Shown here: positions 7,372-15,561 of the stretch, one piece after another | How positions within the stretch are numbered: the stretch's first letter is position 1 | Layout of the letters: every line of letters starts with the position of its first letter | From: Patescibacteria group bacterium | GTDB taxonomy: Bacteria > Patescibacteriota > Patescibacteriia > PEXW01 | NCBI GenBank assembly: GCA_041665345.1 | Contig: JBAYJA010000004.1 | Coordinates: forward strand, 114,122 to 161,294 | Direction: 5' to 3' | Length of the DNA stretch: 47,173 nt | Notes under the pieces: model-generated | The model's database searches: none | The model's input: only the letters and a program-made list of their open reading frames with translations | Told to the model about the DNA's origin: nothing | Translations under genes and position numbers: made by a program

Positions 7372-7662
7372 ATGTGCGGTGGATATCCTTACCCGCACCC
7401 GGCAGGACACGTCATTGCGCAGCTGGTATCTGGGCAAGAAGTGAAAGTTGCCAAAGGCTTTGGCTTTCCGAAAAAGCAAGAAGATTCGACCTGCATTATT
7501 GCACGCGTCGTTGGCTACTCTGCGCTTTGCGCTGATGGCACGCTGCTAGGTTGCATGGATGGCGCAGGCGTCACACCCACAGACGTCATCCACCAAACTT
7601 TTGAACTGAGCGATGCAGCCAAACAGAAAATCGCCGAGGTTGACGCAGAAAAACAAACCTAA
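7372..7662 (+). CDS. hypothetical small Cys-containing protein (96 aa)
   Basis: AAGGAGG 5 nt before the ATG at 7372. Possible promoter TTGACA (7294-7299) with TGgTATAAG (7312-7320). A terminator follows. Confidence 0.6.
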   Translation: MCGGYPYPHPAGHVIAQLVSGQEVKVAKGFGFPKKQEDSTCIIARVVGYSALCADGTLLGCMDGAGVTPTDVIHQTFELSDAAKQKIAEVDAEKQT

Positions 7663-7675
7663 AAATGTTACGTTA

Positions 7676-7702
7676 ACCGAGCGTCCTCTGCGCTCGGTTT
7701 TT
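7676..7702 (+). terminator. rho-independent terminator
   Basis: ACCGAGCG / CGCTCGGT stem followed by a T-run. Confidence 0.7.
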
Positions 7703-7711
7703 CATTATTCT

Positions 7712-7720
7712 TGCTATACT
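7712..7720 (+). promoter_or_regulatory. extended -10 element TGCTATACT
   Basis: TGnTATACT lies 26 nt upstream of the Nudix ATG. The same 9-mer recurs at 34968-34976 and (minus strand) at 40908-40916. Confidence 0.4.
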
Positions 7721-7746
7721 ACCAAAAGTTCGCTTTTCTTTGAGTT

Positions 7747-8253
7747 ATGCCCATCAACACTGATCCTCACATTCACCAGAATGTGATGTGCGCAAATGTG
7801 TACATCCGAAAAGGTGATAAGTATCTACTGCTCAAGCGCTCACCCAAGAAGCGGTTTTTGCCAAATCTCATTAATCCCATTGGCGGAAAAATTGAGCCCA
7901 ACGAAAACCCTTACCAAGCCGCACTCCGCGAAGTGCAAGAAGAGGCCGGGATTACGCTGAAGAACCTTCGGTTAGAGGCGGTGATTCTGGAAATTCAACC
8001 CTACAAGGATAAGCCGCACAACTGGCTGGTCTTCCATTTTTCTGCGGATTGGGACGCTGGTGAGCTGCAGCCCACAGAAGAAGGCGAGTTCATGTGGTTC
8101 ACCGCCGCTGAGATTCCACAGCAACCTCTTTTCCCGTCCGTGCGGGAAATTATTCACCATATCCTGAACCCAAAGGATGGCACGGTTTTCGCCACGATAT
8201 CCTATGATGAGAAAGGGAAGGTGGTGAACGTAGAAAAACAACTTTGCCTATGA
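7747..8253 (+). CDS. Nudix hydrolase
   Basis: Nudix box GGKIEPNENPYQAALREVQEEAGI. Confidence 0.85.
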   Translation: MPINTDPHIHQNVMCANVYIRKGDKYLLLKRSPKKRFLPNLINPIGGKIEPNENPYQAALREVQEEAGITLKNLRLEAVILEIQPYKDKPHNWLVFHFSADWDAGELQPTEEGEFMWFTAAEIPQQPLFPSVREIIHHILNPKDGTVFATISYDEKGKVVNVEKQLCL

Positions 8254-8783
8254 CGGACATAGAACTCCTCCACGTTATGGATGAACAAGGTAATGTGCTC
8301 CGCACAGTGACCCGTGAAGAGGCGGAGCGGGATAACCACCTGACCCCGAACGCTATCATGTTTATTTTTACGCCCAAAGGTGAAGTTTGGATCCAAAAGC
8401 GGGCGAAGACCAAGAAGCACTTCCCCGGGGTGTGGGATATTTCCGCGTGTGGCGGGATAGTCCACGATGAGAAACCAGAAGAGAGCGCACGGCGGGAAAT
8501 GGAAGAGGAGATGGGCTTCACTTGCAAGCTGCATTTCGTAGAAGCATTTTTGAACGAATTCCCAGGGGAAGACGGCTCGCTACGGCGGCGGCTATCCCAT
8601 CTCTTCATTGGCGTGAGTGACAAAATTCCGCAGGTGAACGAAGAAGTAGAAGAGTTTGCGGCAGTGTCTGTGACTGAACTGGTGAAAAGGATTCAAAGCC
8701 AGCCGGCAATGTACGTTCCCTCATTCCTGATGGAACTGGAGAAGGCGCGGGTAGCTGCCCAAGCTTTGGGTTTCCTACAGTAG
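8250..8783 (+). CDS. Nudix-superfamily protein resembling type 1 isopentenyl-diphosphate isomerase
   Basis: KRAKTKKHFPGVWDISACGGIVHDEKPEESARREMEEEMGF parallels E. coli Idi [20 protein letters not shown] (recalled from memory). The ATG at 8250 overlaps the upstream TGA (ATGA). Confidence 0.7.
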   Translation: MTDIELLHVMDEQGNVLRTVTREEAERDNHLTPNAIMFIFTPKGEVWIQKRAKTKKHFPGVWDISACGGIVHDEKPEESARREMEEEMGFTCKLHFVEAFLNEFPGEDGSLRRRLSHLFIGVSDKIPQVNEEVEEFAAVSVTELVKRIQSQPAMYVPSFLMELEKARVAAQALGFLQ

Positions 8784-8866
8784 CCACCTCGTCAGTTGCC
8801 CTGTGGTTGGTTAATGTTAGTATTGAATCATGCTAAGTCTTTTCCGCAACAATTCATTTCTTGGCA

Positions 8867-8875
8867 TGCTACACT
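8867..8875 (+). promoter_or_regulatory. extended -10 (TGCTACACT) placed for a leaderless HD-gene transcript
   Basis: TACACT (8870-8875), then 7 nt, then the ATG at 8883. No Shine-Dalgarno. Confidence 0.4.
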
Positions 8876-8882
8876 AAGATTT

Positions 8883-9536
8883 ATGAAGAGCAAGCAAATC
8901 ATCACCAACGTCGCAAACCTCGTCCGCAAAAAGTTTGAGGGTGAGGGTTCAGGCCATGACTGGTGGCACATTCTCCGGGTTTGGAACATGGCCAAACATC
9001 TGAACCAGGAAGAACGGGCTGATGCTTTTGTGGTGGAACTTTCGGCGCTCTTGCACGACATTGCAGATTGGAAATTCCACGACCGAGACGAATCGGTTGG
9101 GCCACGGGTAGCGCGGGAGATACTTACAAAGCAAGGGGTACAAGCCGCAACAATTGATCACGTGTGTGATATTGTGGCGAACATCTCCTACAAAGGCGCA
9201 GGTGTGCAAAATGGCATCAGTACTTTGGAAGGCAAAATTGTCCAGGATGCTGACCGTTTAGATGCCCTTGGCGCGATTGGCATTGGACGCACATTTGCAT
9301 ACGGCGGGCATGTGGGGCACGCCATGTACAATCCAGAAGAAAAACCTGTACTGCACCAAACCAAAGAAGCATACAGCAAAAGTACAGCCTCAACGGTCGG
9401 CCACTTCTACGAAAAACTCTTACTCCTCAAAGATCGGATGAATACGAAGACCGCGAAACAGTTGGCGAAAGACCGACACAAGTTCATGGAAACCTTCTTG
9501 GCGGAGTTTTATAAGGAGTGGGAGGGGGAGCTATAA
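8883..9536 (+). CDS. HD-domain metal-dependent phosphohydrolase
   Basis: HDWWHILRV, LLHDIADWKF and QDADRLDALGAIGIGR. Start moved to MKSKQII at 8883. Confidence 0.85.
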   Translation: MKSKQIITNVANLVRKKFEGEGSGHDWWHILRVWNMAKHLNQEERADAFVVELSALLHDIADWKFHDRDESVGPRVAREILTKQGVQAATIDHVCDIVANISYKGAGVQNGISTLEGKIVQDADRLDALGAIGIGRTFAYGGHVGHAMYNPEEKPVLHQTKEAYSKSTASTVGHFYEKLLLLKDRMNTKTAKQLAKDRHKFMETFLAEFYKEWEGEL

Positions 9537-9562
9537 AAAATCCTTCGCCAGTAGAGCGAAGG
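9535..9562 (-). terminator. rho-independent terminator for 9587..9838 (may also serve the convergent HD gene)
   Basis: CCTTCGC / GCGAAGG stem with a T-run on the minus strand (A-run 9535-9540). Confidence 0.6.
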
Positions 9563-9586
9563 TTGTAGCATTCGGTGAAAAAAGAA

Positions 9587-9838
9587 TTAGATCTGCAATG
9601 GTACCCCAAGCTTGTCAGCGATTTGCTTGATCCATTTTTCATGCCGGTCAACACGGTGTACTTGGACAACGAGCTCTTGGAAAAAAGTATCAGCCTTTTT
9701 GGCGTAGGCATCTACTGAACTAATAAGCGAAGACACCTTTTCATCAAGGCGTTTTTCGGTATCTGCCAAATCTTGCTTTGTAGCAAAAGCATTGCTGAGA
9801 CCATCAATTAGTTGGGTGATTTCTTCCTTGTTTAACAT
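9587..9838 (-). CDS. small coiled-coil hypothetical protein (83 aa)
   Basis: Clean ORF with a terminator downstream. Similar size and charge pattern to 42709..42960. Confidence 0.55.
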   Translation of the reverse strand: MLNKEEITQLIDGLSNAFATKQDLADTEKRLDEKVSSLISSVDAYAKKADTFFQELVVQVHRVDRHEKWIKQIADKLGVPLQI

Positions 9839-9904
9839 AGCTTCCTTAGAGTACCGAAAAGCGGTTTTCTCGTCAAACCGGTTGATTATCCATCTTGTAC
9901 GCTT

Positions 9905-10044
9905 TTCTTACGGGGTCCCCACGAATGTGGCGCGGAGTCCTGCCGCAGGACGAGCACGCGTTCGTGGGGCAAAGCGAGGCTTCGCGCGACGGGCGGAGCG
10001 GAGACGTAGCAACGTCTACGCGCAGCTCTGAGCGCGAAACGAGC
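9905..10044. other. GC-rich multi-hairpin block directly 3' of tRNA-Lys
   Basis: Nested stems CCCCACGAA...TTCGTGGGG, GTCCTGC-C-GCAGGAC and AGACGT-AGCA-ACGTCT. No credible ORF and no T-run. Confidence 0.45.
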
Positions 10045-10120
10045 TGGTGCGTCCAGAGGGAATCGAACCCCCAACCTTGGGCTTAAGAGGCCCCTGCTCT
10101 GCCAGTTGAGCTATGGACGC
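10045..10120 (-). tRNA. tRNA-Lys (anticodon CTT), CCA encoded
   Basis: The reverse complement reads GCGTCCA-TA-GCTC..GAGC, anticodon loop CTCTTAA, T arm GGGGG-TTCGATT-CCCTC, then TGGACGC-A-CCA. Confidence 0.9.
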
Positions 10121-10130
10121 GTGCCAGACT

Positions 10131-10158
10131 ATTGTACTTATTCTGCAGCGCAATGCAA
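10131..10158 (-). promoter_or_regulatory. promoter for tRNA-Lys
   Basis: Minus strand reads TTGCAT (10153-10158), 16 nt, TACAAT (10131-10136), 10 nt before the tRNA 5' end. Confidence 0.5.
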
Positions 10159-10339
10159 GCCTTTCGGTTATCCAGTTGACCTATCAAACGTAAAAGAGTG
10201 AAATTGGACAACAAAATGAAAGGCCCTTTGAAAGGCGCCAACGTGCCACGTGCGAAGCATGGCGCTGCTGGCCTCATCATCGAGAAGAAAAAATGAAGTA
10301 CCTTGGGCGACGTAGCAATGCGCCGCCTTCTTCATCTGC

Positions 10340-10367
10340 AAAAAAGCCGAGTTGTGTAAACTCGGCT
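10340..10367 (-). terminator. rho-independent terminator (copy 1 of a 28-nt repeat)
   Basis: The minus strand reads AGCCGAGTTTACACAACTCGGCTTTTTT. Identical apart from 1 nt to 10965-10992. Confidence 0.7.
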
Positions 10368-10381
10368 GTAGTAACGGTCTG

Positions 10382-10876
10382 CTATTTTCCGTAGTACATA
10401 TGGACTAAGGAGATAGCAAGGTACTCAGGAAAAGATCGGCACGAGCGAATTTGGAAACCAATACGAACTGTGCCATCCATCGTATTGAACCCTGCATTGT
10501 AACCATCGCCACATTGCGCAAGGAATGCGGAGCCCCATGCACAGGCACTTTTTTTAATGACCTTTTGCACATGATCAATTGCAGCATCCACAGACTGGAA
10601 CGTTTTCCAAGGACCATAACCATTGAAGTAGGAATTTGGCCTCCCAGGTTCTGGCGCATGCCATCCACCAATGAAGAGCACGGGGTAGCTCGCGCTTTGG
10701 TCCTTGAACACTGGAGGCAAATGTAGGCTGAAGTCTGAACTCGTCCTGTCCAGCATTTTCACGGCCAATTCTTGCGTTGCATCCAGTACCGTTGGCATAG
10801 CTACAGTTAAGTACTGCTTGAGTAGTGCCGGTGAATCAACTTCAACCAGAAATTCTTGCACTTTGTGAATGGGCAT
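10382..10876 (-). CDS. hypothetical protein (164 aa)
   Basis: AAAGGAGGG precedes the ATG at 10876 (MPIHKVQEF). No motif recognised. Confidence 0.6.
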   Translation of the reverse strand: MPIHKVQEFLVEVDSPALLKQYLTVAMPTVLDATQELAVKMLDRTSSDFSLHLPPVFKDQSASYPVLFIGGWHAPEPGRPNSYFNGYGPWKTFQSVDAAIDHVQKVIKKSACAWGSAFLAQCGDGYNAGFNTMDGTVRIGFQIRSCRSFPEYLAISLVHMYYGK

Positions 10877-10964
10877 TGGCGCCCTCCTTTCAAACTTTTT
10901 TCTACTATTTTGGATACTTCTTCTTATCATTCCACCGAAAGTTTGTCAAAGCATATAAGCATAT

Positions 10965-10992
10965 AAAAAAGCCGAGTTGTGTAAACTCAGCT
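10965..10992 (-). terminator. rho-independent terminator (copy 2 of the 28-nt repeat)
   Basis: Same sequence as 10340-10367, with G to A at one stem position. Confidence 0.65.
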
Positions 10993-11012
10993 TTGAAAGT
11001 ACATTGAACTCC

Positions 11013-11660
11013 TTACAGCCCGCGTATTGCATCTCTCCGAATGTCGAGACTAATTATAACTCCAGGGATGAGACTCTCAGCTCGTTGCCGCATCTGGTCC
11101 AAGAAAGGTTCAAGTGCGCAACGTTGGCAACTCAGACTCGCCGTCGTATCAACCCGTGGAATGGGTGTTTCCAGCAGCGTGTGAAATTTCTTCCTGGCAC
11201 CCGCCTCAAGTGCATCTTGATTCTGATATATACGGTGGAGCTCAAGTAGTCGCGCAGTGTCCGGCATTACCCAGGCCCACATCGTGCTGCCGTCAACTGA
11301 TACCCTATAGTACTCCGCCACCTTTTCACCATGCCAAGTGAAAAAGAAACCATCACCCATCCGATCCAACAATTCATTTTCTGGGACGCAGATAACCTCA
11401 TCATGTGAAGCATGATTGATGAGCAGCGGCAGGCTAAAGCCGGCTTGCCAGATCAAAGTACCCACTACCAAGTGTGCCCAAGTCAATTTGTCAGACACCA
11501 TCGGAAATAAACTAAATGCGAAACCGACCAATATTCCTAATACCAGAATGAAGCCCCGGTCAACCGTCATGCCGCCCCATACGCTTGTGCCTAACCATAG
11601 AAGCACCCAAATCCCACTGGTCAAAACGAAATTCGTTATGAGCCACTTTTTAAAACTCAT
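11013..11660 (-). CDS. hypothetical membrane protein (about 4 N-terminal TM helices plus a soluble C-terminal domain)
   Basis: AAGGAGAAGG precedes the ATG at 11660. Hydrophobic N-terminal half. Confidence 0.6.
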   Translation of the reverse strand: MSFKKWLITNFVLTSGIWVLLWLGTSVWGGMTVDRGFILVLGILVGFAFSLFPMVSDKLTWAHLVVGTLIWQAGFSLPLLINHASHDEVICVPENELLDRMGDGFFFTWHGEKVAEYYRVSVDGSTMWAWVMPDTARLLELHRIYQNQDALEAGARKKFHTLLETPIPRVDTTASLSCQRCALEPFLDQMRQRAESLIPGVIISLDIRRDAIRGL

Positions 11661-11692
11661 ACCTTCTCCTTGTTTTTATCATCGGCTTAATT

Positions 11693-12016
11693 TTACTCTT
11701 CTTCAATTTCCCCAAGCTCTTTTTTGAGCTGCGTGATTTTCTCTTCGTTACGTATTTCAGCACTCACGACTTTATTTACAGCAAGCAGCCAGGCCCCAAA
11801 CCAGATCAAAACGAACGCAACAAGGAAGAAGACATTTTCAATAATGACTGCTACCTCAGGGTTGCTGTCTGCCCATATCCGAATAAACATTGGAACCGGA
11901 AACATCATCAGCGTGCAATACAATACTGAGATGACCCAAAAGACGAACTTCTGTTTCTCAATCTTTCTCTTAAGCCTCTGGATCTCTTGCCGTTTGTCCT
12001 CATCGGTCTCAAACAT
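11693..12016 (-). CDS. small membrane protein (107 aa, 2 TM) with charged coiled termini
   Basis: GAGGT lies 5 nt before the ATG at 12016 (MFETDEDKRQ). This start removes the overlap with the upstream gene. Confidence 0.55.
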   Translation of the reverse strand: MFETDEDKRQEIQRLKRKIEKQKFVFWVISVLYCTLMMFPVPMFIRIWADSNPEVAVIIENVFFLVAFVLIWFGAWLLAVNKVVSAEIRNEEKITQLKKELGEIEEE

Positions 12017-12033
12017 TTCTACCTCATTTCGAA

Positions 12034-12402
12034 TTACTCTTTGTTTTCCAAATACCCACAGACACAAATAATGAGAATGAAAAACCCCTCAATAATCCAC
12101 GACCAATACAAAACCAATGGATTCTCAGTAATTTTAATAACAATTTGCGCACGGTCTGGAAGAATGAACATAGCAACCTCTGCAATAGCAATAAAAACTA
12201 GTATGGCGCGTGGACCAGAGGAAACCCATATGATTCTTCTGACCCGCTGAGTAAGCGGTTTGTCATTCCTGAAAAGCAGCCGGAAATCATTGATAATGAA
12301 TGCAATCAATGCAACCACTCCAAGATAATAGAATGTCGTTAACGTATATGCCTCATTTCTCAATTGTGAAAGTTCTTTGTTTAACCACCTATGATAGCGC
12401 AA
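12034..12402 (-). CDS. small membrane protein (about 3 TM); start codon uncertain
   Basis: There is no in-frame ATG before the first TM helix, and the ORF-track start is a TTG. A TTGACA-17-TATCAT promoter on the minus strand (12414-12419 / 12391-12396) would put the -10 inside this N-terminus. Confidence 0.4.
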   Translation of the reverse strand: MRYHRWLNKELSQLRNEAYTLTTFYYLGVVALIAFIINDFRLLFRNDKPLTQRVRRIIWVSSGPRAILVFIAIAEVAMFILPDRAQIVIKITENPLVLYWSWIIEGFFILIICVCGYLENKE

Positions 12403-12498
12403 ATATACGTATATGTCAATTATTACGTTATATACTTAGTCAATAATTTAGCTAATATTAAACATATATTGGATATATATTTATGAATGACATAATTA

Positions 12499-12527
12499 TT
12501 GACACATTTTGATATTTGATTTATACT
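12499..12527 (+). promoter_or_regulatory. consensus promoter placed for a leaderless TrmB-like transcript
   Basis: TTGACA (12499-12504), 17 nt, TATACT (12522-12527), then 6 nt to the ATG at 12534. No Shine-Dalgarno. Confidence 0.55.
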
Positions 12528-12533
12528 GAAGTT

Positions 12534-13298
12534 ATGGATATTCAAGAAGCACTGACCGAGCTCAACCTCAGCCCACGGGAGGCGGCAATATATACGGAAT
12601 TACTGGGGATTGAGCATGCTTCCCCGGCTTTTTTGGCTCGGCGGACTGGCTTCAAACGCTCCACTATATACCTGGATTTAGAATCCCTGAGAAGGAAGAA
12701 ACTGGTGGGTCTAGCTTTTGCCGGCAAACGGACTGTATACGCCGCAGAATCCCCCACCCATTTGCTTCAATCTATAAAGCAACAGGAAAAGACGGCCGTT
12801 GCCTTACTGCCCTATTTGCAAGCCAAAGCAAACCACCAGAAGGGTAAACCGCAGATTCGGTACTATGATGACCCTAAGGACATCAAAAGAGTCTGGGTAG
12901 AGGAAACGTTTAATGCAAAAGACAATGATTATGTCTCACACTACGTGGACACGCTGACAGAATTTGCAGATCTTGAGGAGAAGTACCAGGCAAAAATTAA
13001 TGATGGAACAATTCAAAAAAATAGGGAGCTGCACCCTTACACGCCCGAAAGTATTTCTTTTTCACTAAAACACGCAAAGAAAAACCGGCCTATCCGAATA
13101 ATGCCCGCGGGTATGCAGTTTGATGTAGATATTTCCGTCTGGGAAGACTCCGTGGCGCTGTACTCGCAGTCAGGCAAGTACATGCTGGTCATCCGAGATG
13201 CGGCAATCGCCCAGAGCTACCACACACTCATCGACATGGCATGGCAGGTGTCTTTGACGCCGCAGGAAGCGGAGAAACAATTGAGAGTGAAAAAATAA
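12534..13298 (+). CDS. TrmB-family transcriptional regulator
   Basis: N-terminal winged helix LNLSPREAAIYTELLGIEHASPAFLARRTGFKRSTIYLDLESLRRKKLV. Start at MDIQEAL (12534). Confidence 0.75.
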   Translation: MDIQEALTELNLSPREAAIYTELLGIEHASPAFLARRTGFKRSTIYLDLESLRRKKLVGLAFAGKRTVYAAESPTHLLQSIKQQEKTAVALLPYLQAKANHQKGKPQIRYYDDPKDIKRVWVEETFNAKDNDYVSHYVDTLTEFADLEEKYQAKINDGTIQKNRELHPYTPESISFSLKHAKKNRPIRIMPAGMQFDVDISVWEDSVALYSQSGKYMLVIRDAAIAQSYHTLIDMAWQVSLTPQEAEKQLRVKK

Positions 13299-13299
13299 A

Positions 13300-13327
13300 A
13301 CACCGCTCTGGGAAGCAGAGACGGTGT
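13300..13327. terminator. hairpin shared by the convergent TrmB-like and PPK2 genes
   Basis: ACACCGCTCTG / CAGAGACGGTGT stem (one bulge) between the two stop codons. Confidence 0.5.
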
Positions 13328-13350
13328 GTTTGCATAGAAAGGGCGAGGCG

Positions 13351-14151
13351 CTACGGGATGATGATGCTTTGCGGATCAAACGTCGGGGTTGGGTACCGCA
13401 TTTTCAAATCCTCCAGCGTTTTAACGACAATCCGGGCGATAGCCAGGTTCCGGTACCACTTGTGATTTGCCGGAATGATATGCCACGGAGCAGCAGAGGT
13501 GCTCGTTGCCGAAATAGCGTCCTCGTACGCTTGTGTGTACTTCGGCCACAGTTCACGTTCCTTTAGGTCGTCCGGGTTAAACTTCCAGACTGCCGTTGGA
13601 TCTTGCAACCGTTCCAACAGACGCTGCTTCTGCTCTTCCGGATCAATGTGGAGGAAAAATTTCAGAATGGTAACGCCACTAGCAGCCAGTATGGCTTCGA
13701 AGTTGTTAATAGCGGCGTACCGTCTGCGACATTCTTTTTTGGTAATCAGACCATGGACAGGCACCACGAGCACGTCTTCGTAGTGGCTACGATTGAAAAT
13801 GACCAACTCGCCTTTGCCCGGCACTTTCTGGTGCACACGCCACAGGAAGTCATGGCTGCGTTCCACTGCAGTGGGTACTTTGAAATTGGAAACTTGCACT
13901 CCTTGGGGATTCACACCACTGAAGACATGGCGGATAACGCCGTCTTTACCGCTGGTGTCCATGCCCTGCAATACGATGAGAATCTTGTGCTTGTCTTCTG
14001 CATACAGGCAAGCTTGCAGGGCGCCAATTTGGGCTGTAAGTTTTGCCAGCTCCTTTTGACTCTTTTTCTTGCCACCATCGAAATCCGGTGTAGCATTCGG
14101 ATCAAGCTTTTCCAGATTGACCTTGGTTTGCGGTTTCACTTTGAGACTCAC
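13351..14151 (-). CDS. ppk2: polyphosphate kinase 2 family protein
   Basis: ILIVLQGMDTSGKDG P-loop and the overall PPK2 layout. GTG start with AAGGAG 5 nt upstream. Confidence 0.9.
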   Translation of the reverse strand: MSLKVKPQTKVNLEKLDPNATPDFDGGKKKSQKELAKLTAQIGALQACLYAEDKHKILIVLQGMDTSGKDGVIRHVFSGVNPQGVQVSNFKVPTAVERSHDFLWRVHQKVPGKGELVIFNRSHYEDVLVVPVHGLITKKECRRRYAAINNFEAILAASGVTILKFFLHIDPEEQKQRLLERLQDPTAVWKFNPDDLKERELWPKYTQAYEDAISATSTSAAPWHIIPANHKWYRNLAIARIVVKTLEDLKMRYPTPTFDPQSIIIP

Positions 14152-14301
14152 GTTTTCTCCTTGGTTGTAAAGGTTGCATTCTACTTTTCTGTTCCAGCAA
14201 CCCTAGCGGGTTTTGGGGTGGCTGTCAAGACCAATGCCATTCTCTTGACTGCCAATCAGGAGTGGACTAGGTTGAAATGAACACCAAACATTGGAGGTTA
14301 T

Positions 14302-14859
14302 ATGCACGTTGCTATTGTGTGCGGGTACGGATTGTACGATCCTGCAGTACGCACCCCAGAAGAAATGGAGGGTTTACAGGAATACCTGACGGCGGTCTTC
14401 CAAGATATTCAACGCCGACCGGAAATCACCACCATTGTGCTCTGCGGTGGATGTACCAACCCATTGCGACCACAGGTATCTGAAGCGAAGTCCGTCATGG
14501 AAAACTGGGTGCTGAAGCAAACCGTTTTCGACCCACGAGAGTACCGGTGGGCCTTGGAAGAGGCGAGTGCGAATGCAGCGCAAAGCCTAAGCTTCGCCGC
14601 GATGCTACTGCTGTACCACCTGCCACAAAAATGTACGGTATACTGTGACACTGTGCGAGAGTGGAAAACCCGGATTCTCGCAAAGCAAATTCTTGGCAAC
14701 CTGGGCTACGCGTACGAAGTGGTTGGCTTCCCCCGCCGTGACATCCACCCGCGCAGTACCTGGGGTATGCAAATTGCCCAAGGCATTCGCTGCCTGGTCT
14801 CTCCAGAGTACGTGCGCAGCCTGCTGATGGCCGAACCCGCACATCCGCCTTCTCCTTAA
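14302..14859 (+). CDS. YdcF/DUF218-like protein
   Basis: IVLCGGCTNP...SEAKSVM pattern typical of DUF218. GGAGG 4 nt before the ATG. Confidence 0.5.
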   Translation: MHVAIVCGYGLYDPAVRTPEEMEGLQEYLTAVFQDIQRRPEITTIVLCGGCTNPLRPQVSEAKSVMENWVLKQTVFDPREYRWALEEASANAAQSLSFAAMLLLYHLPQKCTVYCDTVREWKTRILAKQILGNLGYAYEVVGFPRRDIHPRSTWGMQIAQGIRCLVSPEYVRSLLMAEPAHPPSP

Positions 14860-14873
14860 GAGAAGGCGGTTTT
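14845..14873 (+). terminator. rho-independent terminator whose loop contains the stop codon
   Basis: CCGCCTTCTC-CTTAA-GAGAAGGCGG followed by TTTT. Confidence 0.65.
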
Positions 14874-14881
14874 CCTATGAC

Positions 14882-14908
14882 AAAAAGCCGAGTCCTTATG
14901 ACTCGGCT
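14882..14908 (-). terminator. rho-independent terminator
   Basis: The minus strand reads AGCCGAGTCATAAGGACTCGGCTTTTT. Confidence 0.65.
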
Positions 14909-14925
14909 GTGGCAAACTTGTGGGC

Positions 14926-15483
14926 TTACGACGTTTCCTTCGGGAGTAGCTTCCAAGAAGGAAGCCACTGAGATAAAACGGTGAGCACAATTGCTTCCCG
15001 CTCAGCAAAGGTATTACTCTCGCTATACCAAGGAATGAGCTTGGTCAGCCAGAGAATGTCCACCGCGCCAGTAATAGCAAACTCTTCCGGGGTGTCTTGA
15101 TCGTAGTAGGTCCAAGATTCACTCCGAGCACAGAGCTCCTGATTCTCAAAGATACTGTTGAGTGTACTGGCGACATCCTGTAATTGGCTGTCGGTCAGCT
15201 CGCTGAAAAACTGCCACCGCTTCGGATGCTGTTCAACTGCTTGAAGCACAGCTTCAACGATGTTCCCATCGCGGTCGCCATGTATCCCTTGAGGCAAATC
15301 AAAGATGAGAAATCTGAATCGCTCCTGAACTGGTGTAGTGTACAAATCCTCTGGCGGTACAGGGGGTTTGTACCCCGGCTGTAAGCAATTTTGGCGGGTG
15401 AACTTCAACCAGAAGAAGACAATTGAAAAGAAGATGATTTGCTGCTCACGAAGATTCGGTTTTCTCAAAGATCCACAATCCAT
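14926..15483 (-). CDS. hypothetical protein (185 aa)
   Basis: GAGGG 4 nt before the ATG. No motif recognised. Confidence 0.55.
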   Translation of the reverse strand: MDCGSLRKPNLREQQIIFFSIVFFWLKFTRQNCLQPGYKPPVPPEDLYTTPVQERFRFLIFDLPQGIHGDRDGNIVEAVLQAVEQHPKRWQFFSELTDSQLQDVASTLNSIFENQELCARSESWTYYDQDTPEEFAITGAVDILWLTKLIPWYSESNTFAEREAIVLTVLSQWLPSWKLLPKETS

Positions 15484-15561
15484 GTTTCCCTCGCTTGGTT
15501 TGGATTTTCAATAACAAAAAGTAGCACAGTAAGCCGGCTCTGTCAAGCGTCTGTACGTTCT

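Noticed and set aside
10217-10297. 26-codon ORF (MKGPLKGANVPRAKHGAAGLIIEKKK) between tRNA-Lys and the terminator at 10340
   Set aside because: It has no Shine-Dalgarno site and no resemblance to small ribosomal proteins. It lies in the promoter-distal flank of the tRNA. The evidence is insufficient.
13603-14280. Long antisense or shadow ORFs inside confidently called genes (for example 13603-14280, 21166-21972, 27445-28161, 33269-33752, 36027-36584, 45855-46454, 1127-1714)
   Set aside because: Each lies opposite or out of frame within a gene with clear family motifs. They have skewed low-complexity composition and lack translation signals.
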